Under the pieces are notes generated by a model. That model ran no database searches. It had not been told where the DNA came from and saw nothing but the letters and a program-made list of their open reading frames with translations. Below are positions 46,001-58,196 of a stretch of DNA of 64,000 bases, piece after piece. How positions within the stretch are numbered: the stretch's first letter is position 1; each line of letters opens with the position of its first letter. Source of the DNA: Macrostomum lignano. Taxonomy: Eukaryota. Location: assembly GCA_002269645.1 (NCBI GenBank), contig NIVC01000333.1, positions 1 to 64,000 on the forward strand, given 5' to 3'. Both the position numbers and the translations under genes were made by a program.

Positions 46001-48102
46001 AGACTGGCCGGCTGCTGCCGCTCCTCCTGCAGACTGTACATCGGGTTCAAACCGCCTCCGCCGCCAACAGTGCCGGGGTTCGAATCGGCAATTTGAGACG
46101 ACGAAACGGCGGCCTCAGTTGCTAAGCAACCGGCGCCGCCAACTAGACCGTACATTGGATTGAAGCTGCTAGTCTGCTCGTCTTGTTCCGCGTAGTCTTG
46201 GTAGTTAGATCTAGACCATTGAGACTGCAGAACTGCTGATTGCTGAGTAGGTTGCGCAGGCTCCTGCTCGAGTATCAGCTCAAGATCGGCCTCGGTGAGG
46301 TCTGGCAGGCCCTTGGCCAGGTCGGCAAATCGAATAGAAGACACTAGCGAAGTTGGATTCGACGATGCTTCAGCTATACTGTTAGAAGCACTGGTGGAAG
46401 GACTGGCAACAGCTGCAGAGTTCGCCGGGTTATTAATTGCCTTGCTGGTATTCGTTGGGGCTGCCAAATTATTGTTTAATGCTGATTCTTCCTCGGCAGG
46501 TGCGCCGGCTGAAGCATTTGGCACCGATGTAGGCACAGGATCACTGAGCAGTGAGGAATCCATTGGAGCACTCAATAAGGCATTGACGGCTGTTGAATTC
46601 GCAAGACTGACCGGTGCTGAATAGGCAGGAGCACTGACCGGTGCTGAATAGGCAGGAGCACTGACCGGTGCTGAATAGGCAGGAGCACTGACCAGTGCTG
46701 AATAGGCAGGAGCACTGACCGGTGCTGAATAAGCAGGAGCACTGACCGGTGCTGAATAGGCAGGAGCACTGACCGGTGCTGAATAGGCAGGAGCACTGAC
46801 CGGTGCTGAATAAGCAGGAGCACTGACCGGTGCTGAATAGGCAGGAGCACTGACTGGTGCTGAATAGGCAGGAGCACTGACCGGTGCTGAATCCACTGGA
46901 GCTATGTCACTGGTTAGGGCACTGACCGGTGCTAAGCCCACAGACTCACTGACGGGTGCTGAGTCCACATCCACACGATCAATGACCGGTGCTGAATCCA
47001 CATGCTCACTGACCGGTGCTGAGTCCACATCCACACGCTCAATGACCGGTGCTGAATCCACATGCTCACTGACTGGTGCTGAATCCACAGGCTCACTGAC
47101 CGGTGCTGAATCCCCAGGCTCACTGACCGGTGCTGAATCCACAGGCTCACTGACTGGTGCTGAATCCACAGGCTCACTGACCGGTGCTGAATCCCCAGGC
47201 TCACTGACCGGTGCTGAATCCACAGGCTCACTGACCGGTGCTGAGTCCCCAGGCTCACTGACCGGTGCTGAATCCACAGGCTCACTGACCGGTGCTGAGT
47301 CCCCAGGCTCACTGACCGGTGCTGAATCCACAGGCTCACTGACCGGTGCTGAATCCACAGACTCACTGACCGGTGCTGAATCCACACCCACATGCTCACT
47401 GACCGGTGCTGAATCCCCAGGCTCACTGACCGGTGCTGAATCCACGGGCTCACTGACCGGTGCTGAATCCACACGCTCACTGACCGGTGCTGAATCCACA
47501 GGCTCACTGACTGGTGCAGAATCCACAGGCTCACTGACTGGTGCTGAGTCCACAGGCTCACTGACTGGTGCTGAATCCACAGGCTCACTAACCGGTGCTG
47601 AGTCCACTAAAAAACTGTCGAATGTATTAGACTGCGAATGCACGGCTTGAGGCCATCTAAGTTCAGGTTGCCATTGCTGTACACTATTGTCACTGCTGTT
47701 TGGCAAGGCTGAAAATAAGATGGCAAAAAGGATTGAGAATATTGCACTGTGCATACAAAGGCTTCCACCGCTTAAGCTACGCTGTAAAAAGGATGGAAGC
47801 CATCTTCCCGCTACACTGACAAACAAAGAGCTCTTAAGCCCGCAAGAAAATTTACCTGTTGGTTGCTGGGCGTAAACTATGGTGACACTGGTTGCACTGT
47901 GGGCCTGTCCATTGCAGTCTCCATTGGCTGCGCTAGCAGAATTTGAACTGGAAGCAGTCGGCAACTTTGATGCATCAGAAGACAATTCGTGGCTTGTACT
48001 ACTATCTAGTAGCATTGATTGCATAGGCTGTTGATTGGTTCCAGCCATTTCAGCCTCAAGCTGGTCCAGGGCGGCATCCAGGTCAACTGAGAATGCATCC
48101 AT
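40029..48102 (-). CDS. ZFYVE9: SARA/endofin family FYVE-domain protein (about 1417 aa); exons 48102-47856, 47708-45540, 43747-43446, 42710-42307, 41812-41445, 40792-40029
   Basis: N-terminal DLDAALDQLE. FYVE domain [44 protein letters not shown]. PP1-binding RSVVFSDGIRP. SARA C-terminal motifs WEAPWAELFPERLLLRLGSESRLYP, LLADFRNFTYTLP, HLVCHQN, SIVEDGVMVQ and SPIDG. Splice phases are all consistent. Co-orthologous to ZFYVE9/ZFYVE16. Confidence 0.93.
40885..41335. repeat. Intronic minisatellite, 20 bp unit (GGGATCTCAATGATCTACAT)
   Basis: Tandem copies in SARA intron 41444-40793. Confidence 0.95.
41890..42260. repeat. Intronic minisatellite, 30 bp unit (GGGGATCTGGATGGGATCACAGTCTAACAT)
   Basis: Tandem copies in SARA intron 42306-41813. 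Confidence 0.95.
42975..43410. repeat. Intronic minisatellite, 30 bp unit (GGGGATCTAGAAGGGATCACAGTCTCACAC)
   Basis: Tandem copies in SARA intron 43445-42711. Confidence 0.95.
44445..45460. repeat. Intronic minisatellite, about 35 bp unit (ATTTCTAGGAAACAGCCAAGCCTCTTCCAATAACC)
   Basis: Tandem copies in SARA intron 45539-43748. Confidence 0.95.
46608..47605 (-). repeat. Coding 27-bp minisatellite in SARA exon 2, encoding (VDSAPVSEP)n then (AYSAPVSAP)n
   Basis: Frame-preserving 9-codon units within the 878-aa ORF, upstream of the FYVE domain. Confidence 0.9.
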
Positions 48103-50852
48103 TAGCCCCTTAGCTGCTGGCTACTGCAAGTTTGGTACAGTGAATAGAGTCCAAGTTAAATAATCCATTTGAATTTTCTGCTTTATTTCCAAAAAGATCA
48201 ACAGGATGATAAACAGATCAAGCTGTTGCTTTGAACTGCATATGCTTGTATAACATTGATGAGACCATACTTTAAAACAGTCTCCTCTATATTTAGATGA
48301 ATATAGATTAACAACTTTGACTTATAAAAACATAATGTATACTCAAAAAAAATTTTGAAATGTTTTTATTAAAGATATACCCAGAAATATGATAAACATG
48401 ATCTTGCCATAAGTGGTTATATAACTTTTTGCTTATACAACTTTATATAGTCAGTACTATATAAAAAATGCTTGATAGTTTATTTAACCTATTTTCCCAA
48501 GGTTTGATATATAAAATTCAATATATTGTTCCTAAGAATCAAAATAATAGAGCAATTTGGTACCCTGAGTCCAAATTTAGGATACCAGCTAGCATTTTTT
48601 TAAGTTAAAAATTAAAATGTTTAATTAGAACAATACATTATTACACATTATTATATTATATATATATTAGAACAATTCTTTAGGCTCTATAAAATTTAAT
48701 TGATGCTATGCACTAGACTGTTTAATACTAGTTATCAATTATAGTCTAGGGTTATATCATACTACATAGTTATTTTAATGTAATTGACTAAATACTAATG
48801 TGAGACTTGAGACTATATACATTATCCTCTTAAATTTTTCAACATATGCTAAGCCACTTTCCCAACTAGGCTTATAAAGGCTAGCTATGGTTTAGCTTTA
48901 TCTAAGCAAGATTTTAGCCTATTAGATAGTGGGTACCTTATCAACTAACCTGGGAACAAAAATAGGCTAAATTATAATATATTTATAATGCTATAATCCA
49001 CTAAGATGGTGAATTCTGTTCTTCTATTTGAATGCTTTAATAGTTCTCTAATAAGCTTTTTTAGATTCTTTAAATAATAATTTTAAACAATTTTAAACAA
49101 TAAGAAAGATTTATACAAAATGCTACAAGATAGCCTAGCTAATTTATTTATGCATCTAAAAAATTAGTGATAGCAATCATATATGCTTAACAACCAGCTA
49201 ACCTAACCAATTTGACTAGGTGGCAAGAAGTCTAGCCAAGGTAAGTTGCAAATTACTATCCAAAAAATACATGCATAGTACTAGTACTACTTAGATAACA
49301 AAACATTTGATTTAGCCTTTGCAATAAAATTATTATTAATCTTTCTATTTACTCAAACTTATGAGTTATGACTTTTGTTAATCTTTGCTTTAGGGTTCTT
49401 TTATGGGTAATCAAGTTGCATTTTTGGTCAAAAAGTAGGTCACACAGCTAAGACTAGGTGAAACTTTGAAGTTAGGCATGTATGATTATAATAGCAATGA
49501 ATCTTCATAGATTTAATAAAAAGTAAAGATAAGGCCTAAAGTAATAGTGAGGCCTAGCTTAGCTATTAGAAGGTAGCCAATTTTTTAAACTCTAGCAAGA
49601 ATATAACATTATAAAGGAAATTATATAACTTTTAAAACAAAATTGGGCCTTTTAGTCGTAGTATCATTGCCACTTAAACTTAAAGGTCCTATATGCATTG
49701 GTAAGTCATACATGATACATGTCATCCATTGTCTACCATAAGTGTATTGACTATTAGTATTAGGCCCTAGTATTAAATGGTCTATTGTCTATTATTTAGA
49801 TTTTTTGCTGACCACTTTTACAGTATAATATACAGTAACAAATATTCTATTATTAATTTAACATCAATTTACTCTTATCTTGGTTTTGTTCTTGGGCAAG
49901 TCGCGACTGAGGTGAGTGTTTGCATGACAGTGTTTGCATGTGTTCTTTGCATGTTAGGCGTTAGGCCTAATTCTTGATTATTAAAATCCTACTAGTGAGT
50001 GAAAGCTTTAAATAAAAATGGACCTATCGATTGTTACATTTTTATTCTAACCAGTCATACCAATTTAGTCATGTTTCTAAAAGGATAATACTCGAAAGCC
50101 TAAACTTCAGTGAGCGATCTCTATAGGCCTAAGCTAGTGTGAAGCAGGTTAATATTATCAGGATTAGATTAGGCTTACCAGTAATAATAAACAATCAACC
50201 GATAGCAATAAGCGATAGGATAGGAGCACAGGACAACGAAACTTTAAAGCGCAATTCTAAGAAAAATCGGTGTCTTAGTTTTTTAAATCCATTCCTTCAC
50301 ATCATTTTAAGTTTTCGCTGTGATAATATTAACTTTTTAATTAGAGACATTACTCGGAGAGATACAGTAGCATAGATATTTATCATATTTTAGCATGCTT
50401 CTTTACAGAATATTATACGATAGAATCCAGAAAGATTGGAAAATTATTGCTTGGGGATTGAGACTGATTTCATTCGCTTCTTCAATCCTCAAATACCAGC
50501 TATAACAGCTCCCAACAGTGCATAGAACTTTGGCTGCTCCCAGATCTGATAAAGTAGATGAATTACATGAATTTGAATTTGAATTAAATTACATGAACTA
50601 CATGTAATATTACTTCAGCAGAAGAACGAGGCTTTTCACCAAAGGGCTTTTTCGCTGCACTAACAAGGTGGAGCTTTGGTTCTTGGGGATATGTGTTGAC
50701 TCGGATTTGGCTATAGACTATTTTAGCGAGATAGAGAAAAAATTCTATAGGTTTAAATTCGGTGCTGATTAAATCTACCGACCAAAAAACACCATAGACT
50801 AACCAATTAGACTACTGTAAACTTTGTAAACTCCACTTGGGAGTACGACGTA

Positions 50853-52080
50853 TTGCTTGCGGGAAGTTTGCTTGCCGAACTTTGCTTGCAGGAATTTTGC
50901 TTGCCGAGCTTTGCTTGCCGAACTTTGTTTGCGGAATTTTGCTTGCTGAAGTTTGCTTGCAGAAATTTGCTTGCCGAAGTCTGCTTGCCGAATTTTGCTT
51001 GCGGAATTTTGCTTGCCGAAGTTTGCTTGCCGAGCTTTGCTTGCAGGAATTTTGCTTGCCGAACTTTGCTTGCGAAATTTTGATGTCTGCTTTCTATAAA
51101 TTTGCAATCACACAATCGCAAGGTTTTAACTTGCAGAATTATTTTCTTGTTTGCTTGCTTGTTTTGATTGCTTGTAAAGTTGGTCAGTCAATTATTACTC
51201 ACTACAGATGCTTTGCAAGTGGATTCTTATCAGGGTCGACGTAAACTGACTTGACACTAAGCTTTCAAACTAGGCTTTTAGAGTTTCATTCTAAGAATGT
51301 AGTATATAGAATGCTTAGAGATTTAGTATAGGTAGATAGGGATCGGTAACAGTATAAATCTTTGTAGTTCCTGATTTCAGCACGATTGAGCAGGTATGAT
51401 AATTGCAGTGATGCTAATGTATAATAATGCATATACTATAATTATATTTTAGTATATAAAATGTAATTAATAATCCGCCATATCCTCATACAAAATCATA
51501 ACACTATAGGCGACTTCCACGAATCTTAGAAAATGAAAATTAGAAATGCAAGAGCTCAAAAATAGGTTAAGGTTCCGCAAAACTTTGGCTGGCAAACCTC
51601 GCAAGAAAATTTCCTGCAAGCAAAGTTCGGCAAGCAAATTTTCTGCAAGCAAACTTCGGCAAGCTTATGTGCAGCAAGCAAATTTCCTGCAAGCAAAATT
51701 CGGCAAGCAAAGTTCGGCAAGCAAAGCTCGGCAAGCAGACTTCGGCAGGCAAAATTCCGCAAGCAAAGTTCGGCAAGCAGACTTCGGCAAGCAAAATTCC
51801 GCAAGCAAAGTTCGGCAAGCAGACTTCGGCAAGCAAAATTCCGCAAGCAAAGTTCGGCAAGCAGACTTCGGCAAGCAAAATTCCGCAAGCAAAATTCGGC
51901 AAGCAAAATTCGGCAAGCAGACTTCGGCAAGCAAATTTCTGCAAGCAAAAGTCCCGCAAGCAGACTTCGGCAAGCAAATTTCTGCAAGCAAAAGTCCCGC
52001 AAGCAGACTTCGGCAAGCAAATTTCTGCAAGCAAAAGTCCCGCAAGCAAACTTCGGCAAGCAAACTTCTCGCAAGCAAAT
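50853..52080. repeat. Inverted pair of GCAAGCAA-based tandem arrays (about 50853-51075 and 51590-52080)
   Basis: The left array reads TTGCTTGCCGAA.. and the right array reads ..TTCGGCAAGCAA, its reverse complement. Confidence 0.85.
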
Positions 52081-52237
52081 TTCATAGACCCCTCCAACTT
52101 ACGTCAAAAAAGCTCTTAATGGTCTCATGGTCCGCTTTTTTTTCGGGAATATGCTTGTCTATGGCCACACTCAAGTATCACTGGACCATTATATAGAAAA
52201 TGGGCTTGCTGTCAGGACCATTATATAGATAATGGTT

Positions 52238-52339
52238 GGTTATTCGTAAGTGAGACTTTTGGATAATAGTCCGGCTCATGAGTGCGCTGCGTGTGTGTGT
52301 GCGCTGCGTATTATCCTAAAGTCTCACTTACGAATAACC
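52238..52339. mobile_element. Miniature hairpin element with about 30-bp inverted termini
   Basis: GGTTATTCGTAAGTGAGACTTTTGGATAAT versus ATTATCCTAAAGTCTCACTTACGAATAACC. Confidence 0.6.
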
Positions 52340-55301
52340 GCATTGTCGAATTTCAGTGGGGCCATAGACAAAAAGGGCATCGAAAGGAGAGAGGGGTTAC
52401 CGAGGAGAGAGAGACATAAAGACTGAGGTGGTTTACTGGAGTTTGGGCCATAGACAACGAAGTTGCAAACAGGCCGGGGGTTAAGAGGGTGGAAAGGAAG
52501 GAGATGTGGAGAGAAAGAGAATAAAACGTAAATACGAGCGTAGCTACATTCGCTTGGCCATGGAGAACCAGGCGTCATATCCGATCAACTGGGGCAATCT
52601 GCCTGTCGAAAGTTTAGCCAACGTATCTAGCAGCGAACTCAATTGGATCTCAAGACTTTCCACATCTCAGAAGGACATGAAGGATAACGAAGACTTTTTG
52701 AACTTCTTGCACTTTCTTGAGAGCGGTGATACTGCCGATGATTTGCCTCTGCTACCGGCCGAGGATGATGCTCCAGCTGAAGAGGATGGAGAGAATGAAA
52801 CTGAGCCGAAACGAGTTCCTTTGGATATGCAAGAGGCAATGACGAAAGATGAAATAGTGACATCAGGCTGCTGACATCAGCATCCAAAGTTTCATCGTGC
52901 AAGAAGCAGTGAGCGTGTCTGATGGTCGTCAGATGAACGGTCGGAATATCTTTATTATGAACAACTGCACTTTCAACAATTGCAATCTGTAATGGTCTTC
53001 GGCACTATGACAATTGCGCCATATTGATACTGCACTATTAACTTTCCATAGCGCTAATCTTTTGTTGTTGGTGTTTGCTGTTTTGTTCTAAAAATAGGCG
53101 TCCATTATCCCGAATTCGAAATCATTATCCTGAAGTTTAAGTGAAAAAATAAATGGAATGTGCTCATGGTTTAACCATAGACGATTGCATTATCCTAAAG
53201 GTTGATTTTTGACAATGGGCTTGTTAGCATATATGATGCACTGGTTCGTAAATTAGGAAACGTAAAGCAAATGTGTCTTCAGAAGGCAAACATGTATTTA
53301 ATAGCTCGTACAAAATAGCAAATAATTAAGATAATAGCAAATGACAGTTTGATCAATTAGCTTCAACCAAAGCTAATCTAAATCTGGATTTTATGACTCG
53401 ACTATGCCGAATCGGCCGTGACTCGAGCTCGCCTTGAGACCATCGTAAGCCTCAGTCTCAGCGATATAACAATTCTACTGGGCACCCTTGGAATCCGAAG
53501 AGGGTTTGCACCATAGACAGCCGCGCCAGGCATGGAAAGCGGAGAAAACTCATTATATTCGAGTCGCACAGGCCGTGGATTACATTCAAAGAAGCGCCTA
53601 ATACGAGGGGAGATGAGCCGTAAAGAATCTCCGAGGCGATCATCTCCTCATATCAGGCGATTCTTGTTTATAAATCCCGGAGCCGCGTGTCTAGGATACG
53701 CTCGTATGGATCTACATTACATGTAATGGTGGTTGAGATATATACCTATTTCGGCTAGTTACATGGTTTTTTTCATTTCAATTGGTGTGTGGCCGTTGAC
53801 GTAGCAGCGCGTAACAGAGATTTTACATAGACAAATCACAAAAAGCCACAGACACCGGAATCAATCTAGTTTTAACTACAGCTGGAGCTACATGTACAGC
53901 TGGAAGGTATAGCTGTAAAGAATAGCGCAGCAGAGAGGACCATGTTCTGAAATTATAGTCTGGTGCAGGGACAGAGAGAAGACAGTGAATGTATACATGA
54001 CTATTGGTTTGGAGTTTAAAGTTCGTGAAATGAACCAAATGGTGATTTCAGTTCTTTGTCTATGGTAAACATGAACTCTGCTGAGCACTTAATTGCGACG
54101 CACCAAATTGGACGCAGTAAAAACCACATTGGAGGCAAAAACGTATACTAAATATTCTTTAAAGATGTTTCCTGGACTAAACGGCAGGTTTAATGAAATA
54201 GATCAGACAGAAAGGAACAAGTTAGTCCTTCCGTCTGCATGGATTGACTGGGTGAATACCATAGACTAATATCAAACAGTCGTGTTTCACTGTTTTCTAG
54301 AACTTTTTAGGGAATTTAAAGCCATAAACTAAGCTTAGAAGTACTTTTATTACACGTAAATTCTATATAAGTTATAAACACACTACACAGCTATGGTTCT
54401 AATCAAATGGTCGCATCTACCTGTAAACAGTCTCAACAGAGTATCTACGGTAGTAATCATAAATTAGAGCTATTTATCCGAGATTAGTTTAAAACGACCA
54501 TCAACGTGATTCTGTATTGACTGCATTTGTCGATGCGCCATCAGTCGAGACCTTGACAAGTTTTTGCGTGGACAATACAATTGAAGACTGCACTACGATG
54601 CCTTTGTGTACACCTTTTTACCTCCTATTTTGAACAAACTCCCCTTTTATTCAAACAAGCGGACACACCAATTCAGACACTGATTCAGACGTAAGGGTGT
54701 TTGTTTGCCTTGATTAATTTTCTGCAAGCAAAATGCAACACAGACTATGTATGCTGCTGATTGACATGTCTGTGCTGCACCTGCAAGGCTTGCAGAGATT
54801 CAATTAAGACACTCCCTTTTCTATTTAACAGAACCTTTTGAATTCAGTCAGAGCCAAAGTGTCTATGGCCAAACCTACATATGATCCCCACCGCTTCGCT
54901 CGAAAAGAATTATCTGTACTACGTGTAAGAGGACATGTGCTAGACCTTTCATACGCAGAAGAAGACCGAAAGAGAGAGACAGCGATCCAGTTTGCTTTGA
55001 AAAAGGCTTTGAAATCAACTTTTCGGTCGGAAATTTACATCAGGGATATGTAGAAGAAATTTTTGGCAGTAAAACTTTTCGACTATGCTCTGTCAGATTC
55101 AAGCAATCCCAAAACACTGCCACATGATGAGCAGCAGAGTTGAGCAAAATGAGGCAAAGACAACTCAGGCAACACGATGGTGCAAATGCGGTTCGCAGCT
55201 GCAGCAGCAGGTCTCGTGTATTTCTGCTAGTTAACCAGCCATACGCTGGTACTCAGCATTGCTGCAGTGGAAAATCCCCAGTCCAAGGTCAGTCCAGCAG
55301 T

Positions 55302-55969
55302 TTAGCTGTCGGGGGTCGGCAGGCCCTTGGTCTTCTCGCTGCACGGCTTTCTGCCCTCTCCGCGCTTCGGCTTGTAGAACTTGGCGCTGGCGCACAGCTC
55401 GGGCAGCTCGAAGTACTTGTCCTTGGGCTGGTGGAAGCCGAAGAAGAAGAGAATACCGCCGGAGCACTGGCCGTTCTTCCTGTACTTCTTCTTGATGAGG
55501 ATCGGCACGCAGCGGTCATCGATGACGCCGCCCAGCTTGATGGAGAGGTCGCCCTTGGTCATGCGGCCGCAGTGCACGCTGATGGGCACCTTGCGGCTGG
55601 TGACGGTGGAGCGGGCCACCACGCGGTTGTTCGGCCACATCTTGGGGCACAGGGTGAGGAAGTACTTGGCGTGGCTCACGGGATCTTCACGCACCGGGCG
55701 TTGGCGGCGCTGGTGCCCCAGGCGTAGTAGCCGACGCCGGCCTCGAAGTCGAACATGGTGTAGTGGTGTCCGGAGTAGTTCTGGGACTTCACCTTGAAGT
55801 AGGCGGCCACCTTCTTCTTCTCCTTGGAGCCGGCGATGCCTCCCAGCAGCTTGAGGTAGGTGCCGTTGTGGTAGCCGAGACCGGCCACTCCGATGGCTCC
55901 CTCTCTGGGCGGGTTCTCGCAGGCCAGGGCGGTGGCCACCAGGGCGGTGAGCAGCAGCAGCAGCTTCAT
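55302..55969 (-). CDS. Intronless secreted Cys-containing Lys-rich protein, probably ependymin-related (about 222 aa); apparent 1-bp frameshift at 55680-55682
   Basis: Signal peptide MKLLLLLTALVATALA-C and strong GC3 codon bias. Adding one C to the CCC run joins RCVKIP to VSHAKYF. Cys spacing and motifs (N-terminal CxxP, CVKIP, CVPI, YFELPELC) resemble EPDR proteins. The family call is less certain than the CDS call. Confidence 0.7.
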
Positions 55970-56047
55970 CTTGAGTCAGAGAGTCTGGATGTCCGGCAGT
56001 GAGAAATCGAGTGGACTTGATGGACTCTGGTCGCTGGCCAGGGGTGC

Positions 56048-56055
56048 TTTTTATG
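56048..56055 (-). promoter_or_regulatory. Candidate TATA-like box (CATAAAAA) for the secreted-protein gene
   Basis: About 80 nt upstream of the ATG at 55969, in a GC-rich context. Confidence 0.35.
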
Positions 56056-56574
56056 CACCTGGACTGCTTGACCACCTGGCAACTCGGCGTTCAAACATTT
56101 GGCAACAGAATTTGTTGGCAACCAGCAGGTGCGCAAATTGATGCTCATGGCTACTGCCGGTGTTTGCTCGGGGATCGATGGTCAGCTGACTTGAGCACCG
56201 CTTTTCTGCTTGCCGATTCCATAGCGCTCTGAACACGGCGCCAGAAAGTTTCTGTTGAATTTTACATTGTGACAATCGAAGCCTTTGTTTGCTTGACTTT
56301 GCACGCAGAGTTTCAGCTGGCTCACCCGCGAATACTGCAGGTAAAGTTGCTGAGATTGCAGAAATTGATTTTTTCAGGTGAATTGAGAATTTTCTGAATT
56401 TGTTTGACAGGGGTCGCCGACAGCGAGAGGAAGGCGACGGGGCAAAGGTTTTGAAGCTTGATGTTGAAGATTCAATTTCATTGAGACTAATTTGTTTTCA
56501 ACGTTTAAGCTTTTAAACCAATGTGTGTTTGATCCAAATCGCAGGCAAATAAAGAAAATATTCCTGCGGAAACC

Positions 56575-56935
56575 CCTGTGCAACCCTCCCTGCCGAGAAA
56601 CCCTCCCTGCCGAGAAAGCCTCCCTGCCGAGAAAGCCTCCCTGCCGAGAAAGCCTCCCTGCCGAGAAACCCTCCCTGCCGAGAAACCCTCCCTGCCGAGA
56701 AACCCTCCCTGCCGAGAAACCCTCCCTGCCGAGAAACCCTCCCTGCCGAGAAACCCTCCCTGCCGAGAAACCCTCCCTGCCGAGAAACCCTCCCTGCCGA
56801 GAAACCCTCCCTGCCGAGAAACCCTCCCTGCCGAGAAACCCTCCCTGCCGAGAAACCCTCCCTGCCGAGAAACCCTCCCTGCGGGGAAACCCTCCCTGCG
56901 GGGAAACCCTCCCTGCGGGGAAACCCTCCTACGAA
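56575..56935. repeat. Minisatellite, 18 bp unit (CCCTCCCTGCCGAGAAAC)
   Basis: Tandem copies; source of the 56492-57025 ORF. Confidence 0.95.
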
Positions 56936-57609
56936 GAAAGCCTCATATGGGGAAACCCTCCTGGGGAATATTTCACAGGAAACTCGGCTGTAGGAAACTC
57001 TCGTGCTCCGGAAATTAGTGCATAATAAATTGCATATTAATTATTGTATATTAAATTGCTAGTGCTAAGGCCAATAAGATCAATAACACAACTGCTCACA
57101 TGTCATGATAATTCACAGTTTTAAGATAGCCAGCCACTAAGCAATAAACTTGTGACAGTCATATTTATTTTTTGCAACTAATTGCTGAGCTTGCAGAGTT
57201 AAAATATTAGCTATCAATCAAAAGACTACTAGCAGTTCTATTTAGCTGGAACGCAAAGAAAAAATGTTTGTCGGTGATAAACAGTTTTACATCGGAGCAA
57301 TAATAGAGATAAACGGGTGGAAAACTTGGCAGAGAGTCAGTTGGTAAGCGATTCGTTGCGAATATCGGAAATCCTAATCGTTGCCATATCTGCGTGGGAA
57401 TAAGAGTAGATTTCACACCTCATACAAACTTAATTACTGAAAGGTACATCATCAAAGCAAGGCCACTAATAAAGCACATATAAATAAGGGATTATATTCG
57501 TGCAGTTGGAATAAAATAAAATAAATAAAATTTGAAAAAACCTAAACTAGACACAAAATTAAAATATGGGTCTGCGGCAATTTACTGTCAGCCACACTGC
57601 CGACCCCAA

Positions 57610-58196
57610 TCCTAACCTAAAGCCTAACCTAAACCTAAACCCTTATCTAAACCTAAACCCTAACCTAAACCTAAACCCTTATCTAAACCTAAACCCTTAT
57701 CTAAACCTAAACCCTTATCTAAACCTAAACCTTTATCTAAACCTAAACCCTAACCTGAACCTAAACCCTAACCTGAACTTAAACCCTAACCTAAACCTAA
57801 ACCCTAACCTAAACCTAAACCCTAACCTAAACCTAAACCCTAACCTAAACCTAAACCCTAAACTAAAAATTTATCCTAACCTAAACCTAAACCCTAACCT
57901 AAACCTAAACCCTAACCTAAACCTAAACCCTAACCTAAACCTAAACCCTAACCTAAACCTAAACCCTAACCTAAACCTAAACCCTAACCTAAACCTAAAC
58001 CCTAACCTAAACCTAAACCCTAACCTAAACCTAAACCCTAAACTAAAAATTTATCCTAACCTAAGCCCTAACCTAAACCCTAGCATAAACCCTAGCATAA
58101 ACCCTAACCTAAACCTAAACCCTAAACTAAAAATTTATCCTAACCTAAACCCTAACCTAAACCTTAACCTAAACCCTAACTTAAACTCTAACCACA
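57610..58196. repeat. Interstitial telomere-like array, 18 bp unit (CCTAAACCCTAACCTAAA)
   Basis: The minus strand reads TTTAGGTTAGGGTTTAGG repeats. Confidence 0.92.

Noticed and set aside
45466-48102. A single-exon 878-aa FYVE protein, as in the ORF track
   Set aside because: It is the 5' part of the multi-exon SARA gene: a donor at 45539 joins in phase to the downstream SARA C-terminal exons
50799-52196. Cys-rich or Lys-rich ORFs
   Set aside because: Translation of the GCAAGCAA tandem arrays
50790-54870. Pairing CCATAGAC and GTCTATGG motifs into discrete P-like elements
   Set aside because: None of the pairs I tested gave a matching 8-bp TSD
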